64,000 nucleotides of DNA, taken from assembly GCA_963786955.1 (NCBI GenBank), contig CAWBAT010000004.1, forward strand, positions 840,678 through 904,677, written 5' to 3'. This document shows, piece after piece, positions 39,595 to 49,389 of this stretch (positions within the stretch are counted from its first letter, which is position 1; every line of letters begins with the position of its first letter). The translations under genes and the position numbers were made by a program. A model generated the notes under the pieces. It had not been told where the DNA came from and made no database searches. It saw only the letters and a list, made by a program, of their open reading frames with translations. The stretch comes from an uncultured Acidimicrobiia bacterium. Its GTDB lineage: Bacteria > Acidobacteriota > Terriglobia > Versatilivoradales > Versatilivoraceae.

Positions 39595-42510
39595 TTACAT
39601 CCCTGGCAAATCGGCTGTCCAATTAAGGGCCCCATTGAGTTGCAGACTGGATGAATCTTTCGTCAGGACGTAGAAAGACTGTCCGTCCGGGCTCACGGCA
39701 TAGCGATAGATCCCTCTTCCACCTTCTTCAAGATTCTTAACTTCAAAAAGCGCCTGGGGGACGCCGTGCTGGAAAACCGTCGTCGTTCCGGACTGAACAT
39801 CCACTGACATCAATCGTCCAGACGGCTCAACATAAAACAGCTCTTTTCCGTCTTTACGCCACAGCGGCTGGTTGCCGCCACGCGTTGAGACGAGCCACTT
39901 CTTTTCTGAGAGCGGGAATGTCCTAACGTAGACTTCGTTATGGGAGGAATAAGCAACCCATTTGCCATTGGGTGAAAATCGTCCATCGATTGCTGAGCCG
40001 AGGAACAGCTCAGGTTTTCGCTCGCCAAAAAGGGGCAAACGCCAGAGCGAGGTATCTGGAGAGTCTGCATTATGATAGAGAATATAGTGCTCGTCTCGGG
40101 ACCAATCTGAGGGAAGTTTGAATTGGCTGGATCTAAACAGGGGAGATTGGCTGGGGCTGCCATTCAGGTCTTTCACATAGAGGTTTCCTGCGCTAGAGTC
40201 CGATAAACCCGAGAATTGGTCCCGATTCGAAGCAAACAAGATCCGCTTCCCGTCGGGAGACCAACGAGCGTACTCATCATATTCCGAGCCGGTGCTGCTG
40301 GTGAGCTGAGTCTTTGTGCCACCTCTCAGCAAATCAATAATCCAGGTCTCGCCGGTGCTGGATTCCGCTTTTAACTGAACCATTGCAATCTGCCTGCCAT
40401 TAGGGGAAAGTTCCAGGGCTCGATACTCTCCCGGTGGTCCAATGCGGTCGATGGTTCTCCCATTCCGGTCTACCTGACTCAATTGTTGGCTCACGCCACC
40501 GGCCCAATAAAGCAGAGTCCTATTCTCTGATACGGTGAAGATGCCAGCATTAGCAGACTGACTCAGAGTAAGTTCCTCGGCAATTGAAACCGGGTCACCT
40601 AATATATTTAGGTATTTAATATCGAAGGGATGGGCCAGAAGTTTCCGATCGCGTTGATACAGAAGATATCCGGGTGACGCATACAGGGCGTTGCTATCCA
40701 CATCCACTAGTCGTTTGGATTCCTTGGAGTCCAGCGAGCCCCAATAAATGCCCCGGCTCTCGGCCAAGCTACTCCTGACCGTGTAGAGAAAGTGCCGGCT
40801 ATCCGGAAGCCAACAGGGCCAGGTGTGTGAATATTCCTGGCGCGCCTTGTCCAGTTTCGTGACCTGCAAAGGCTTTCCTCCTTCGGCAGAGATTCTCCAA
40901 ATGCCTCCAGACTGAATATGGCCGAAGAGGATGATCCCCTGCCTGTTCCAGGCAGCACTCTCGATGGGCCTCCCAATGTCACAGATCACTTGGGGGTTCC
41001 CGCCCGTGGCCTTAACCTTCATCAGTTTCCCCTGTTGCGAAAAACCGATAAAGCGGGAATCGGGCGACCAAAAAAGGGTTCCTGCATTTTCTGTGCCTGC
41101 CAGCTGCAGAGCTTCTGATGAGTTGAGCGGGCAAATCCAAATGAAACGCCTATCATTAATGGCGAGTTGCCCACCATCCGGTGAGATGGCGATGTCATAA
41201 CCAAGGCTGTTGACTTGCTTTGGCGGCGGAAGGGTGAAGTGCAGCGCGCCCCTCCGAACCGGTTGTTGGTGAAGGTAATAGATGCCAATGATTAAACCCA
41301 ACCCAAAGAGGAGAACAGATACTGCCGACCAGACCAGGCGTTCTCGCTTCTTACGATTTGTCGCGGCAACCACCGGAGCTCCTACCCGGGAGGAGTCTTC
41401 GGCAATCCACTTCAGTTCGTTCGTCAGGTCGCCAGCACTCTGCCAACGCTCATCTGGATCCTTCGCTAGGCAGCGCTTGACCACATGGTCTAAGGCCGGT
41501 GGAGTCATCGGCTGAATTCTGCTGATGGGCGGCGGCTCAGCGGTCAGGATAGCCGCAGTCAGACTGGCCTTGCTTTCACCTTCAAATGGGTTCCACCCTG
41601 TCGCCATCTCGTACAGGACCACACCGAAGGCAAAGATATCTGTCCGCACGTCCACCTCCTTTCCTTCCACCTGCTCGGGCGCCATGTATTCCAGAGTCCC
41701 CAAAATCATGCCTTCTTCTGTCAGACTCTCGCTTTGGGAAAGGTAGGGCGCGCTCGCCGAGCGCGCCGTGTGGAGGTCATCCGTTGCCCCCTCGGAGGCC
41801 GGCGGTTTCGGCGAAACCGCCCTACCTGACTTCGCCAGCCCAAAGTCCAGCAGCTTGGCACCATTCTTTGTCAGCATGATGTTACCCGGCTTCAGGTCCC
41901 GGTGAACAAACCCCTGACGGTGAGCTTGATCGAGTGCACTGGCAATTTCAATCGAGTACCGTAAGACCTGTGCCGCTGGCAATGGGCCTTTCTTCAGCCG
42001 CTTGCTCAACGTCTCACCTTCCAGATACTCCATCACCAGAAAGTCAATTTGGTCCTCATTGCCAATGTCATACAAGGCGCAGACATGGGGATGATCCAAA
42101 CCGGCAATTGCCCGTGCCTCCCTCTCAAATCGCCGACGCAAATCCGCTTGCTCCGATAGGTATTCCGGTAAAACTTTAATGGCTACGGTGCGGTTCAGCC
42201 GAGTATCTCTTGCCTTGAAGACCTCTCCCATTCCTCCGACACCCAACACAGCTTCAATCTGGTAAGGACCTAGTTTCCTCCCCAGTAGTGAAACTGGCTC
42301 GGCCGCTAGCTTTTCGGCAGTCAATCGTAGAGCCGATCGATCCAGAAGCTGCTGGGCCGGCTGATCATAAGCCAGTAGCGAATCCACTTCGCGACGCAGT
42401 TCCGCGTCTGCTTCGCAGGCCATCTCCAAGAAAGTTGTGCGCTCATCTTCATTGACCTCAATGATGGCGTTATAGAGATGATTGATTTCTTCCCAACGGT
42501 CGGGAGTCAT
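39595..42510 (-). CDS. Hanks-type Ser/Thr kinase with TM and C-terminal TolB/PD40 beta-propeller
   Basis: LGVGGMGEV, VAIK, HRDLKPGN, DFG, YMAPE; TM; repeated (W/I/F)SPDG blades. Confidence 0.95.
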   Translation of the reverse strand: MTPDRWEEINHLYNAIIEVNEDERTTFLEMACEADAELRREVDSLLAYDQPAQQLLDRSALRLTAEKLAAEPVSLLGRKLGPYQIEAVLGVGGMGEVFKARDTRLNRTVAIKVLPEYLSEQADLRRRFEREARAIAGLDHPHVCALYDIGNEDQIDFLVMEYLEGETLSKRLKKGPLPAAQVLRYSIEIASALDQAHRQGFVHRDLKPGNIMLTKNGAKLLDFGLAKSGRAVSPKPPASEGATDDLHTARSASAPYLSQSESLTEEGMILGTLEYMAPEQVEGKEVDVRTDIFAFGVVLYEMATGWNPFEGESKASLTAAILTAEPPPISRIQPMTPPALDHVVKRCLAKDPDERWQSAGDLTNELKWIAEDSSRVGAPVVAATNRKKRERLVWSAVSVLLFGLGLIIGIYYLHQQPVRRGALHFTLPPPKQVNSLGYDIAISPDGGQLAINDRRFIWICPLNSSEALQLAGTENAGTLFWSPDSRFIGFSQQGKLMKVKATGGNPQVICDIGRPIESAAWNRQGIILFGHIQSGGIWRISAEGGKPLQVTKLDKARQEYSHTWPCWLPDSRHFLYTVRSSLAESRGIYWGSLDSKESKRLVDVDSNALYASPGYLLYQRDRKLLAHPFDIKYLNILGDPVSIAEELTLSQSANAGIFTVSENRTLLYWAGGVSQQLSQVDRNGRTIDRIGPPGEYRALELSPNGRQIAMVQLKAESSTGETWIIDLLRGGTKTQLTSSTGSEYDEYARWSPDGKRILFASNRDQFSGLSDSSAGNLYVKDLNGSPSQSPLFRSSQFKLPSDWSRDEHYILYHNADSPDTSLWRLPLFGERKPELFLGSAIDGRFSPNGKWVAYSSHNEVYVRTFPLSEKKWLVSTRGGNQPLWRKDGKELFYVEPSGRLMSVDVQSGTTTVFQHGVPQALFEVKNLEEGGRGIYRYAVSPDGQSFYVLTKDSSSLQLNGALNWTADLPGM
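41741..41827. repeat. GTAG REP doublet located in frame inside the kinase gene
   Basis: AGGTAGGGCGCGCTCGCCGAGCGCGCC-spacer-GGCGGTTTCGGCGAAACCGCCCTACCT, 87 bp. Confidence 0.85.
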
Positions 42511-42694
42511 AAAGTTCGTGACAGGTGATTCGTTACTAGTGGGTCAGTGAACAAAGATAACCAGGTGACAGCCAGAGGGATGATTCCTTAAAATGGCTGT
42601 TCGTTCCCCTAAACCCAAACTCTTGATGAAGGGGTTCCCGTCCCAGCCATTTTCGTTGACCTTAGTGCATCTCCTTGCAGAGTTCAATGCACGG

Positions 42695-42738
42695 GAGGTG
42701 ATTTGTGTCTCACTTCTAGGTGAAATGTAGGTGAAAGT
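42695..42738. promoter_or_regulatory. 11-bp-period direct repeats (putative wHTH operator), copy 3, four units
   Basis: GAGGTGATTTG TGTCTCACTTC TAGGTGAAATG TAGGTGAAAGT. Confidence 0.6.
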
Positions 42739-42911
42739 GTATCTCGTTGAAGTATGGAAGCTTAAGCGCCGGGATTCGGGACATATTTGCTGCTTGACTA
42801 ATCGTTTTTATGATAAAATTTTCGATGCGTTAAATTACCGGGTTTAGTTGATCTCAACAACTGGCTTCGTGGTACCCATTCCGACCTCGCATTCTCTCGG
42901 AGGTTTCCGTA

Positions 42912-44915
42912 ATGGAAACCCCTCTCCGTTCAAGACATCTGATTTGTTTTGGGGCCTTTGAATTCGACCCCCACACCGGAGAACTCCGCAAGCACGGAAT
43001 GAAGTTGAACTTGCAGGGACACGCCATTAATGCGCTGACCCTATTGCTGGAGCATCCGGGGGAACTCGTGACGCGCGAGGAGTTGCGGAAAAGACTCTGG
43101 CCTGCAGACACCTTCGTTGATTTCGAACACAGTCTCAACACGGCCGTAAAGAGGCTGCGCGAGGTATTAGACGACTCCGCGGAAAGACCCCGCTTCATCG
43201 AGACGTTGCCTCGTCACGGCTACCGCTTCATCGCCCCACTGAACGATTCCCTCACTCCTGATTCCACGGCCCACACAACAGGACAACAAAGCCAATCTCT
43301 TCATTCCGAGCCTTCTACCGCTGGGAGAGATGGGACCGCAGACGGCGGAGCGAGTGAGGGCGAAATACCCCCCCAAAAAAAAGAGTTGAGTTCGGGACGT
43401 TCGCGGCAGGTTAGATCTTCCCCTTACAAGATCGTCGTGCTGGCTGTTGGGTTGATGGCGGGATTGGCGGCGGTCGTGATCGCGCTTAATGTGGGGGGTC
43501 TGCGCGATCGTTTGTTGTCAGTGGTCGGGGGACGCCGTGCTGTGGTCTCCACGCCCAAGATCGAATCGATTGCCGTCCTGCCCCTGGAAAATCTCTCGGG
43601 CGATAAAGAGCAGGAATACTTCGCCGACGGCATGACCGAGGCATTAATCACGGACCTGGGCAAGATCGGCGCCCTTCGGGTGATCTCACGAACTTCTGTG
43701 ATGCAGTACAAGGACACCAAGAAGCCCCTGCCGCAGATTGCGCGGGAACTGAATGTAGACGCCATTGTCGAAGGCACGGTGCAGCGCTCAGATAACCGCG
43801 TGCGCATCACCGCGAACTTGCTCCACGCTCCCAGCGACCGTCATCTCTGGGCCGAAACCTACGAGCGCGATTTGCGCAACGTGCTGGCGCTGCAAGACGA
43901 AGTGGCACGAGCCATCGCGAGCGAGATTCAGATCAAAGTCACGCCTAACGAGCAAGTCCGCATGGCCAGCGCCCGCACTGTCAACCCCGAGGCCTATGAA
44001 CTTTACCTTCAGGGGCAGTATCACTATTACAAGTGGAGACCAGACGAGTTCCAGAAAGCCATCGCGTACTTTGAGAAGGCGATCGTGGCCGATCCCAAGT
44101 GGGCCCCGGCCTACGCTGGGCTGGCCAACTCCTACGGGTGGCTTTGGATAGAAGGTGCTCTGCCACCCCAAGAGGTCCTGCCTAGATTCAACGCAGCGTT
44201 GAGCACAGCGATGGAGATTGATGACACGCTTCCCGAGGTGCGTTACACACTGGCAGTGAGAGCATTCTATTATCGTTGGGACTGGGGTGAGACGGAGAGG
44301 GAATTCAAGCGAGCGCTGGCGCTCAACCCGAACCTGGTGGAGGCTCGCTACGAATACGCCTGGTTCTTATCGTCGATGGGGCGAATCGCTGAAAGTCTCA
44401 CGGAGGCAAAGCGAGCCGTTGAACGCGATCCACTCTCGGTCACGGCAAACCTAGCCTTGGGTTCAATGTACTCAATGGCCCGGAAATACGACCAGGCAAT
44501 ACCCCAGTTACGGCATACTATCGAGCTGGAGCCAAATGACCCGAGAGGATACGGATTCCTCGCCGGAGTATATGAGCAGACGGGAATGTACGAGGAAGCT
44601 GTCATGGCCCACCAGAAGGCCATGACTCTGTCAGGGGCCCAGCCTGGAGAAGTTGCCGCACTTCGTCGTGCGTACAACGAGTCGGGATACAAGGGTTATT
44701 TGATGTGGTTCCTTGGACGGCAGAATGACCCATATTCTAATGCCGTACTGCATACGCGGCTTGGGCATAGGGATGATGCCTTGGTGTGCCTTGAAAAGGC
44801 CTACAAGCAACACCGCTGGGAGATGGTTCAGCTGAAAGGACGCCCAGTGTGGGACCCCCTGCGCTCCGACCCCCGCTTTCAGGACCTCCTGCGCCGCATG
44901 AATTTCCCACCGTAA
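42912..44915 (+). CDS. Transmembrane wHTH-TolB_N-TPR regulator, copy 3
   Basis: Intact 667-aa ORF with the same architecture; extended -10 TGaTAAAAT at 42811-42819. Confidence 0.93.
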   Translation: METPLRSRHLICFGAFEFDPHTGELRKHGMKLNLQGHAINALTLLLEHPGELVTREELRKRLWPADTFVDFEHSLNTAVKRLREVLDDSAERPRFIETLPRHGYRFIAPLNDSLTPDSTAHTTGQQSQSLHSEPSTAGRDGTADGGASEGEIPPQKKELSSGRSRQVRSSPYKIVVLAVGLMAGLAAVVIALNVGGLRDRLLSVVGGRRAVVSTPKIESIAVLPLENLSGDKEQEYFADGMTEALITDLGKIGALRVISRTSVMQYKDTKKPLPQIARELNVDAIVEGTVQRSDNRVRITANLLHAPSDRHLWAETYERDLRNVLALQDEVARAIASEIQIKVTPNEQVRMASARTVNPEAYELYLQGQYHYYKWRPDEFQKAIAYFEKAIVADPKWAPAYAGLANSYGWLWIEGALPPQEVLPRFNAALSTAMEIDDTLPEVRYTLAVRAFYYRWDWGETEREFKRALALNPNLVEARYEYAWFLSSMGRIAESLTEAKRAVERDPLSVTANLALGSMYSMARKYDQAIPQLRHTIELEPNDPRGYGFLAGVYEQTGMYEEAVMAHQKAMTLSGAQPGEVAALRRAYNESGYKGYLMWFLGRQNDPYSNAVLHTRLGHRDDALVCLEKAYKQHRWEMVQLKGRPVWDPLRSDPRFQDLLRRMNFPP

Positions 44916-45018
44916 GCCACGATTGACGCGCCTTCTGCGCCTATCGTGGGTATGTATCCTGGATTCGTGTGGTTCATCAGGGACGTGATACCAAGTCGCA
45001 TTCAAACGATGACAGTTT

Positions 45019-45216
45019 GAATTCCCCTCCACGGGAGGGGTGACTGCCGGAGGTAGGCGGGGTGGTCGAAGTCAGAAAAACCCTTTCCGAGTTAAAACCC
45101 ACCCCTGGCCTTCGGCCATCCCCTCCGCTGGAGGGGATTTCTTTAACACGAGGCGGCGTCGGTCACCTGGCGGACGAGCCCGGCAGAAAGATTGGAGACG
45201 CCGCGCCCCCGCGGCG
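45019..45216. repeat. About 195-bp structured repeat, copy B
   Basis: Direct repeat of 33650-33844. Confidence 0.9.
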
Positions 45217-45327
45217 CCTATTTACAACGGGACGAGGGCGTCCCGACTCCAAAAGCTGATCTTGCAAGGGCGTGGAGACAGGCTTTCCCGCTTGACAAAC
45301 CTTGAAGATGTGTGACCCCATCTTCAT

Positions 45328-45792
45328 ATGTTAATTATCGGTTGCGGGAATGAACTTCGAGGCGACGATGCCGCGGGACTGCTCGTGGCCCGACATCTCC
45401 GGTCCTTGGGGCTGAACGCCTGTGAGCACACAGGGGATGGGCTCAATTTAATTCAATTGTGGGAACCCTCGAGTGAAGTTGTCCTGGTGGATGCGGTTTT
45501 GGCGCAGGGGGATCCGGGACAGGTGAGAGTCTGGGATGGTATCGCTGCTCCTGTCGAACCAGATTTATTTCGCTTTTCTTCGCATTCTCTTGGAGTTGGC
45601 GAGGCTATTGAGATGGCACGGCTTCTCGGCAGTTTGCCTAAACAGTTGATTATCTACGGCATCGAAGGAAATCAATTTGAAATTGGAACCACTCCCTCCG
45701 CCGTGGTGCTCCAAGCCGTAGAGAAAGTCGTGGACATGATCTTGGAGAGGAACACCCCGTCTGAATCGTCGCGGAGAAAAGAGCAGATTTAA
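45328..45792 (+). CDS. Hydrogenase maturation protease (probably for the group 3b enzyme)
   Basis: IIGCGNELRGDDAAG, VDAV and SSHSLG motifs. Confidence 0.9.
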   Translation: MLIIGCGNELRGDDAAGLLVARHLRSLGLNACEHTGDGLNLIQLWEPSSEVVLVDAVLAQGDPGQVRVWDGIAAPVEPDLFRFSSHSLGVGEAIEMARLLGSLPKQLIIYGIEGNQFEIGTTPSAVVLQAVEKVVDMILERNTPSESSRRKEQI

Positions 45793-45826
45793 AGAACGGC
45801 TCTTTTCTTCAAGGAGAGGCAGCGAC

Positions 45827-46510
45827 CTATTGCCCTCTTTGAAAGGGCACGAAGCGGACGGGAATCAGATTGCGCTTCAAGACCGCTTTTCCATGCTTCT
45901 CCACCAAGATGAGGTTCTGAACCAGGTAGGGAGAACCCACGGGGATGACCATTCTGCCCCCATCTTTGAGCTGTTCAATGAGTGGCGGAGGAATGGACTC
46001 CGCACCTGCGGTGACCATAATGCCGTCAAAAGGCGCGTGTTCTTTCCAGCCTTCGTAGCCATCACCAATCTTGACGGTGATATTTTTGTATCCCATCGCA
46101 GAGAGCCGTTCGCTGGCCCTTTTCCCCAATTCCGGGATGATCTCAATCGTATAAACCGTGTCCACGATCTCGGCAAGCACTGCTGCTTGATAGCCTGAAC
46201 CGGTACCGACTTCCAGAAAACGCTGGCCCTTTTGAGGATTTAAGACCTCTGTCATGTAAGCCACGATATAAGGTTGCGAAATCGTCTGCCCGAATCCAAT
46301 AGGCAGTGGCGCGTCATCGTAGGCGGAATCCTTCTGCGACGCGGGTAGGAAAAGGTGCCTAGGCACTTTCCGCATGGCCCGCAGAACGAGAGGATCCTTT
46401 ACACCCCTCATTTCAATTTGGAACTCAACCATCTTTTCGCGCATCACCTGAGAACGGTCCGACATCAGGGTAATCAAACTCATGAAAATGAAACCTGCAA
46501 TCCTCCACAT
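45827..46510 (-). CDS. pcm: Protein-L-isoaspartate O-methyltransferase
   Basis: VPRHLF, GQTISQPYIVA, LEVGTGSGYQAA, APFDGI, VRFVP. Confidence 0.95.
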   Translation of the reverse strand: MWRIAGFIFMSLITLMSDRSQVMREKMVEFQIEMRGVKDPLVLRAMRKVPRHLFLPASQKDSAYDDAPLPIGFGQTISQPYIVAYMTEVLNPQKGQRFLEVGTGSGYQAAVLAEIVDTVYTIEIIPELGKRASERLSAMGYKNITVKIGDGYEGWKEHAPFDGIMVTAGAESIPPPLIEQLKDGGRMVIPVGSPYLVQNLILVEKHGKAVLKRNLIPVRFVPFQRGQ

Positions 46511-46750
46511 GATTGGTGCCTCATATCCAGTTCTTCACAGGGACACCCTTCCTTCATATCATAGAACAGTTTGGTGGGGGCAGTCTCTTGAACTCATACA
46601 AACGCATAATGTATTGTTACGAATCACCCACGCCTCGCTTAGCTCAGCGTGGCTACCAAAGCGGGATTGCGACGCCAAATTAATGCGTTTGTATTAGATC
46701 TGTGACAGGAATAGCCAGGTTCCCTCCTGCGAATTGAACACCGATTCCGA

Positions 46751-48406
46751 TCAACTCATGCCTGTGACGTTTCCTTCTCCATCCACATCCAGCTTCATCG
46801 CCTGAGGGACCTTGGGAAGGCCCGGCATCAGGAGCATATTGCCAGCGATCACGACAACGAAACCGGCGCCGGCAGACAATCGCGCATCTGAAACGGTCAG
46901 GACCCAATCCTTGGGTGCCCCCAGCAACTTCGGATTGTCTGACAAAGAGTATTGAGTCTTGGCAACACAAACCGGGAGATTGCCAAAGCCCAAATCCTGC
47001 AACTTCTGAATTCGTTTCCGCACGGCCCCTTCTATATAGATGGACTTGGCTCCATAGATCTCTTTCGCGATGACTTCGACCTTCCCTTCGATATCAAGAT
47101 CGGAGCGATACAAGGGCCGGATGGGATCGAGCTTGGCCGACTCGGCAACGGCAATGACCTTCTTGGCCAGTTCCAATCCACCGTCTCCCCCTTTCTCGAA
47201 GACCTCGCTAGGAGCACTCTCCACGCCAATGGTCTGGCAAAAATTCTGGACAATTTGGATTTCCTCGGGAGTGTCCGTAGCAAAGCGGTTGATGGCTACG
47301 ACCTGAGGTAAATTATATTTCTTAAGGTTTTCAACATGCTTTGCCAGATTACAGAGGCCTCTCTTGAGCGCTTCTATGTCACCGAGCAATGACGTTCTCT
47401 TCTGCGAACCCTGCAACATGAGCGCCCTTACGGAGGCAATCACCACCGCCACCGAGGGCTTAATCCCTGAGGAAGGCATCACAATATCCAGATACTTTTC
47501 AGCTCCCAAGTCAGCCCCAAAGCCGCTTTCGTTGACCACATATTCTGCCAGTCGCAGCGCCATTTTCTGTGAAAGGACACTGCTTGTTCCGTGGGCAATA
47601 TTGGCAAACGGTCCGGCATGAACGAGGGCCGGGGTGTTTTCCGTGGTCTGGACCAAGTTAGGCATGATCGCCTGGCTGAGCAGGACCATCATGGAACCCG
47701 TAGCACCCAGGTCACGGGCTCGAACGGGCCCTCCGGTTCGATCCAATCCGATCACAATCTCCCCAAGCCGGTGTCGGAAGTCCTCCCGGGAGTTTGCCAG
47801 GGCCAAAATGGCCATAATCTCCGAGGCCGCGGTAATCACAAAGCCCGTTTCTCGAGGCACGCCGTTCATCTTGCCTCCGAGTCCGACGATAATTTTCCTT
47901 AAGACTCGATCGTTCATGTCAATGGTACGTGGCCAAGAGATGGTGTCGGGATCGATATTCATCTCGTTTCCGTAGTAGAGGTGTGAATCTACCAGCGCCG
48001 CCAACAGGTTATGAGCGGTAGTCACAGCATGGAAGTCCCCATTGAAATGAAGGTTAATCATCTCACTCGGGTGAACTTTGGACTTTCCGCCTCCCGTCGC
48101 TCCCCCTTTGACTCCAAAAACCGGGCCTAACGAAGGCTCCCTCAAGGTCGCGACGCTTTTTTTGCCACACTTTTCTAAGGCTTGAGCAAGCCCGATGGAG
48201 GTGACGGTTTTCCCTTCTCCGTACTCTGTCGGAGTGATCGCGGTGACCAAGATGAGTTTCCCCAAGCGGGCCGGTTCGGGTTGTAATAGAAAATCCAACT
48301 TGATCTTGGCGGTATATTTTCCACAAGGCTCAAGGAATTCACCCGGTATCCCAAGTTTTTTTGCGATCTCGAAAATTGGCAGCATCGTGGCTGAATTTCT
48401 GCTCAT
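46751..48406 (-). CDS. fhs: Formate--tetrahydrofolate ligase
   Basis: TAITPTEYGEGKT, REPSLGP, KGGATGGG, HAGPFANIAHG, GFGADLGAEK, AKTQYSLSD, MPGLPKVP. Confidence 0.96.
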   Translation of the reverse strand: MSRNSATMLPIFEIAKKLGIPGEFLEPCGKYTAKIKLDFLLQPEPARLGKLILVTAITPTEYGEGKTVTSIGLAQALEKCGKKSVATLREPSLGPVFGVKGGATGGGKSKVHPSEMINLHFNGDFHAVTTAHNLLAALVDSHLYYGNEMNIDPDTISWPRTIDMNDRVLRKIIVGLGGKMNGVPRETGFVITAASEIMAILALANSREDFRHRLGEIVIGLDRTGGPVRARDLGATGSMMVLLSQAIMPNLVQTTENTPALVHAGPFANIAHGTSSVLSQKMALRLAEYVVNESGFGADLGAEKYLDIVMPSSGIKPSVAVVIASVRALMLQGSQKRTSLLGDIEALKRGLCNLAKHVENLKKYNLPQVVAINRFATDTPEEIQIVQNFCQTIGVESAPSEVFEKGGDGGLELAKKVIAVAESAKLDPIRPLYRSDLDIEGKVEVIAKEIYGAKSIYIEGAVRKRIQKLQDLGFGNLPVCVAKTQYSLSDNPKLLGAPKDWVLTVSDARLSAGAGFVVVIAGNMLLMPGLPKVPQAMKLDVDGEGNVTGMS

Positions 48407-48455
48407 AGTATATAGGCCTCTCTAACTAAGATCTTATACGTCCAAATTTAAGAGT

Positions 48456-48471
48456 AGCAAACTTCATTCCA
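48456..48471 (-). promoter_or_regulatory. Candidate sigma54 promoter for fhs
   Basis: Minus strand reads TGGAATGAAGTTTGCT (GG-N10-GC), 50 bp upstream of the ATG. Confidence 0.55.
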
Positions 48472-48758
48472 TCTCAAATTGCTTCCAGAAGCACCGATTC
48501 CAGGTCCTAAGAGCATGATTTTAACGGATTAGATCCCCCAAAAGCGGGTCAAACGCCGCAATCAAAACCGGGAAGAAAAAGTCATCTTAGCAGAAGAAAT
48601 GAGTTTGACCTTCGGCATGATTTGGTGTGTCGGTTGCTCGGTCGCATATTAAGGAGCTGAGTACCGCTCGAGCCGGGCTAAGAGAAACGTGTGACATCTG
48701 GATTCTGAATAATATTGATGCCATTTTCCCGCTCCAATTTTGATGAAGGGAGGGGCCT

Positions 48759-49226
48759 ATGTCGGTGAAAGTCACAAACGCGAGTATTGCAAAACAGCTT
48801 AAGAAAGAACACGCCTATATCCATGAAATAATCAAGAAAATAGAGAAACGAGTGGCTATGATTGGACCTCAAAGACCAGCATTAGAGTGGGGTTCCTCAC
48901 TTCTGGAAAACCTCAGCTCACTTCGCGAACATCTGGAGAAACATTTTGAGTTTGAAGAAATGGGGGGCTTCATGGAAGAAGTGATGAAGGCTTTGCCGAA
49001 CGTCAGCCCTCAGGTAGAATCCCTACGCCGTGACCATCAAATACTAGCCTTTGAAATCAATGATTTGTACAAGCGAGCCGAAACGTTAATTCTTGACAAC
49101 GGTCCAACCTCGCGGGAAATGGGAGAGGATATCAAACACTTTTTGCACTCGCTCGGCGAACATGAGAGAAAAGAGAACGAATTGATCCTCCATGTATTCC
49201 TCGATGACGTTGGAATGATCGATTAA
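48759..49226 (+). CDS. Hemerythrin-like domain protein
   Basis: EH...HFEFEE...DH...HERKE metal-ligand pattern. Confidence 0.85.
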   Translation: MSVKVTNASIAKQLKKEHAYIHEIIKKIEKRVAMIGPQRPALEWGSSLLENLSSLREHLEKHFEFEEMGGFMEEVMKALPNVSPQVESLRRDHQILAFEINDLYKRAETLILDNGPTSREMGEDIKHFLHSLGEHERKENELILHVFLDDVGMID

Positions 49227-49332
49227 TCCCGGATTCCGAAGTTGCTTTAGCATCACTAGGTGGAGCGGGCGCGTGGGACCGCTGTCACCCCGCGCACGCT
49301 TTTTGAACGCGCGGCGGAGCGCGCGTTCCGCC
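49225..49332. repeat. MITE/REP-family element fragment
   Basis: ATCCCGGATTCCGAAGTTG...GGTGGAGCGGGCGCGTGGGACCGCTGTC...GAACGCGCGGCGGAGCGCGCGTTCC, shared with 33400 and 39505. Confidence 0.7.
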
Positions 49333-49389
49333 TGAATCCGCAGGTCAGCAGTATACTTTTTCCCTTTCCTGACCGTCTTACAAGTCCTA

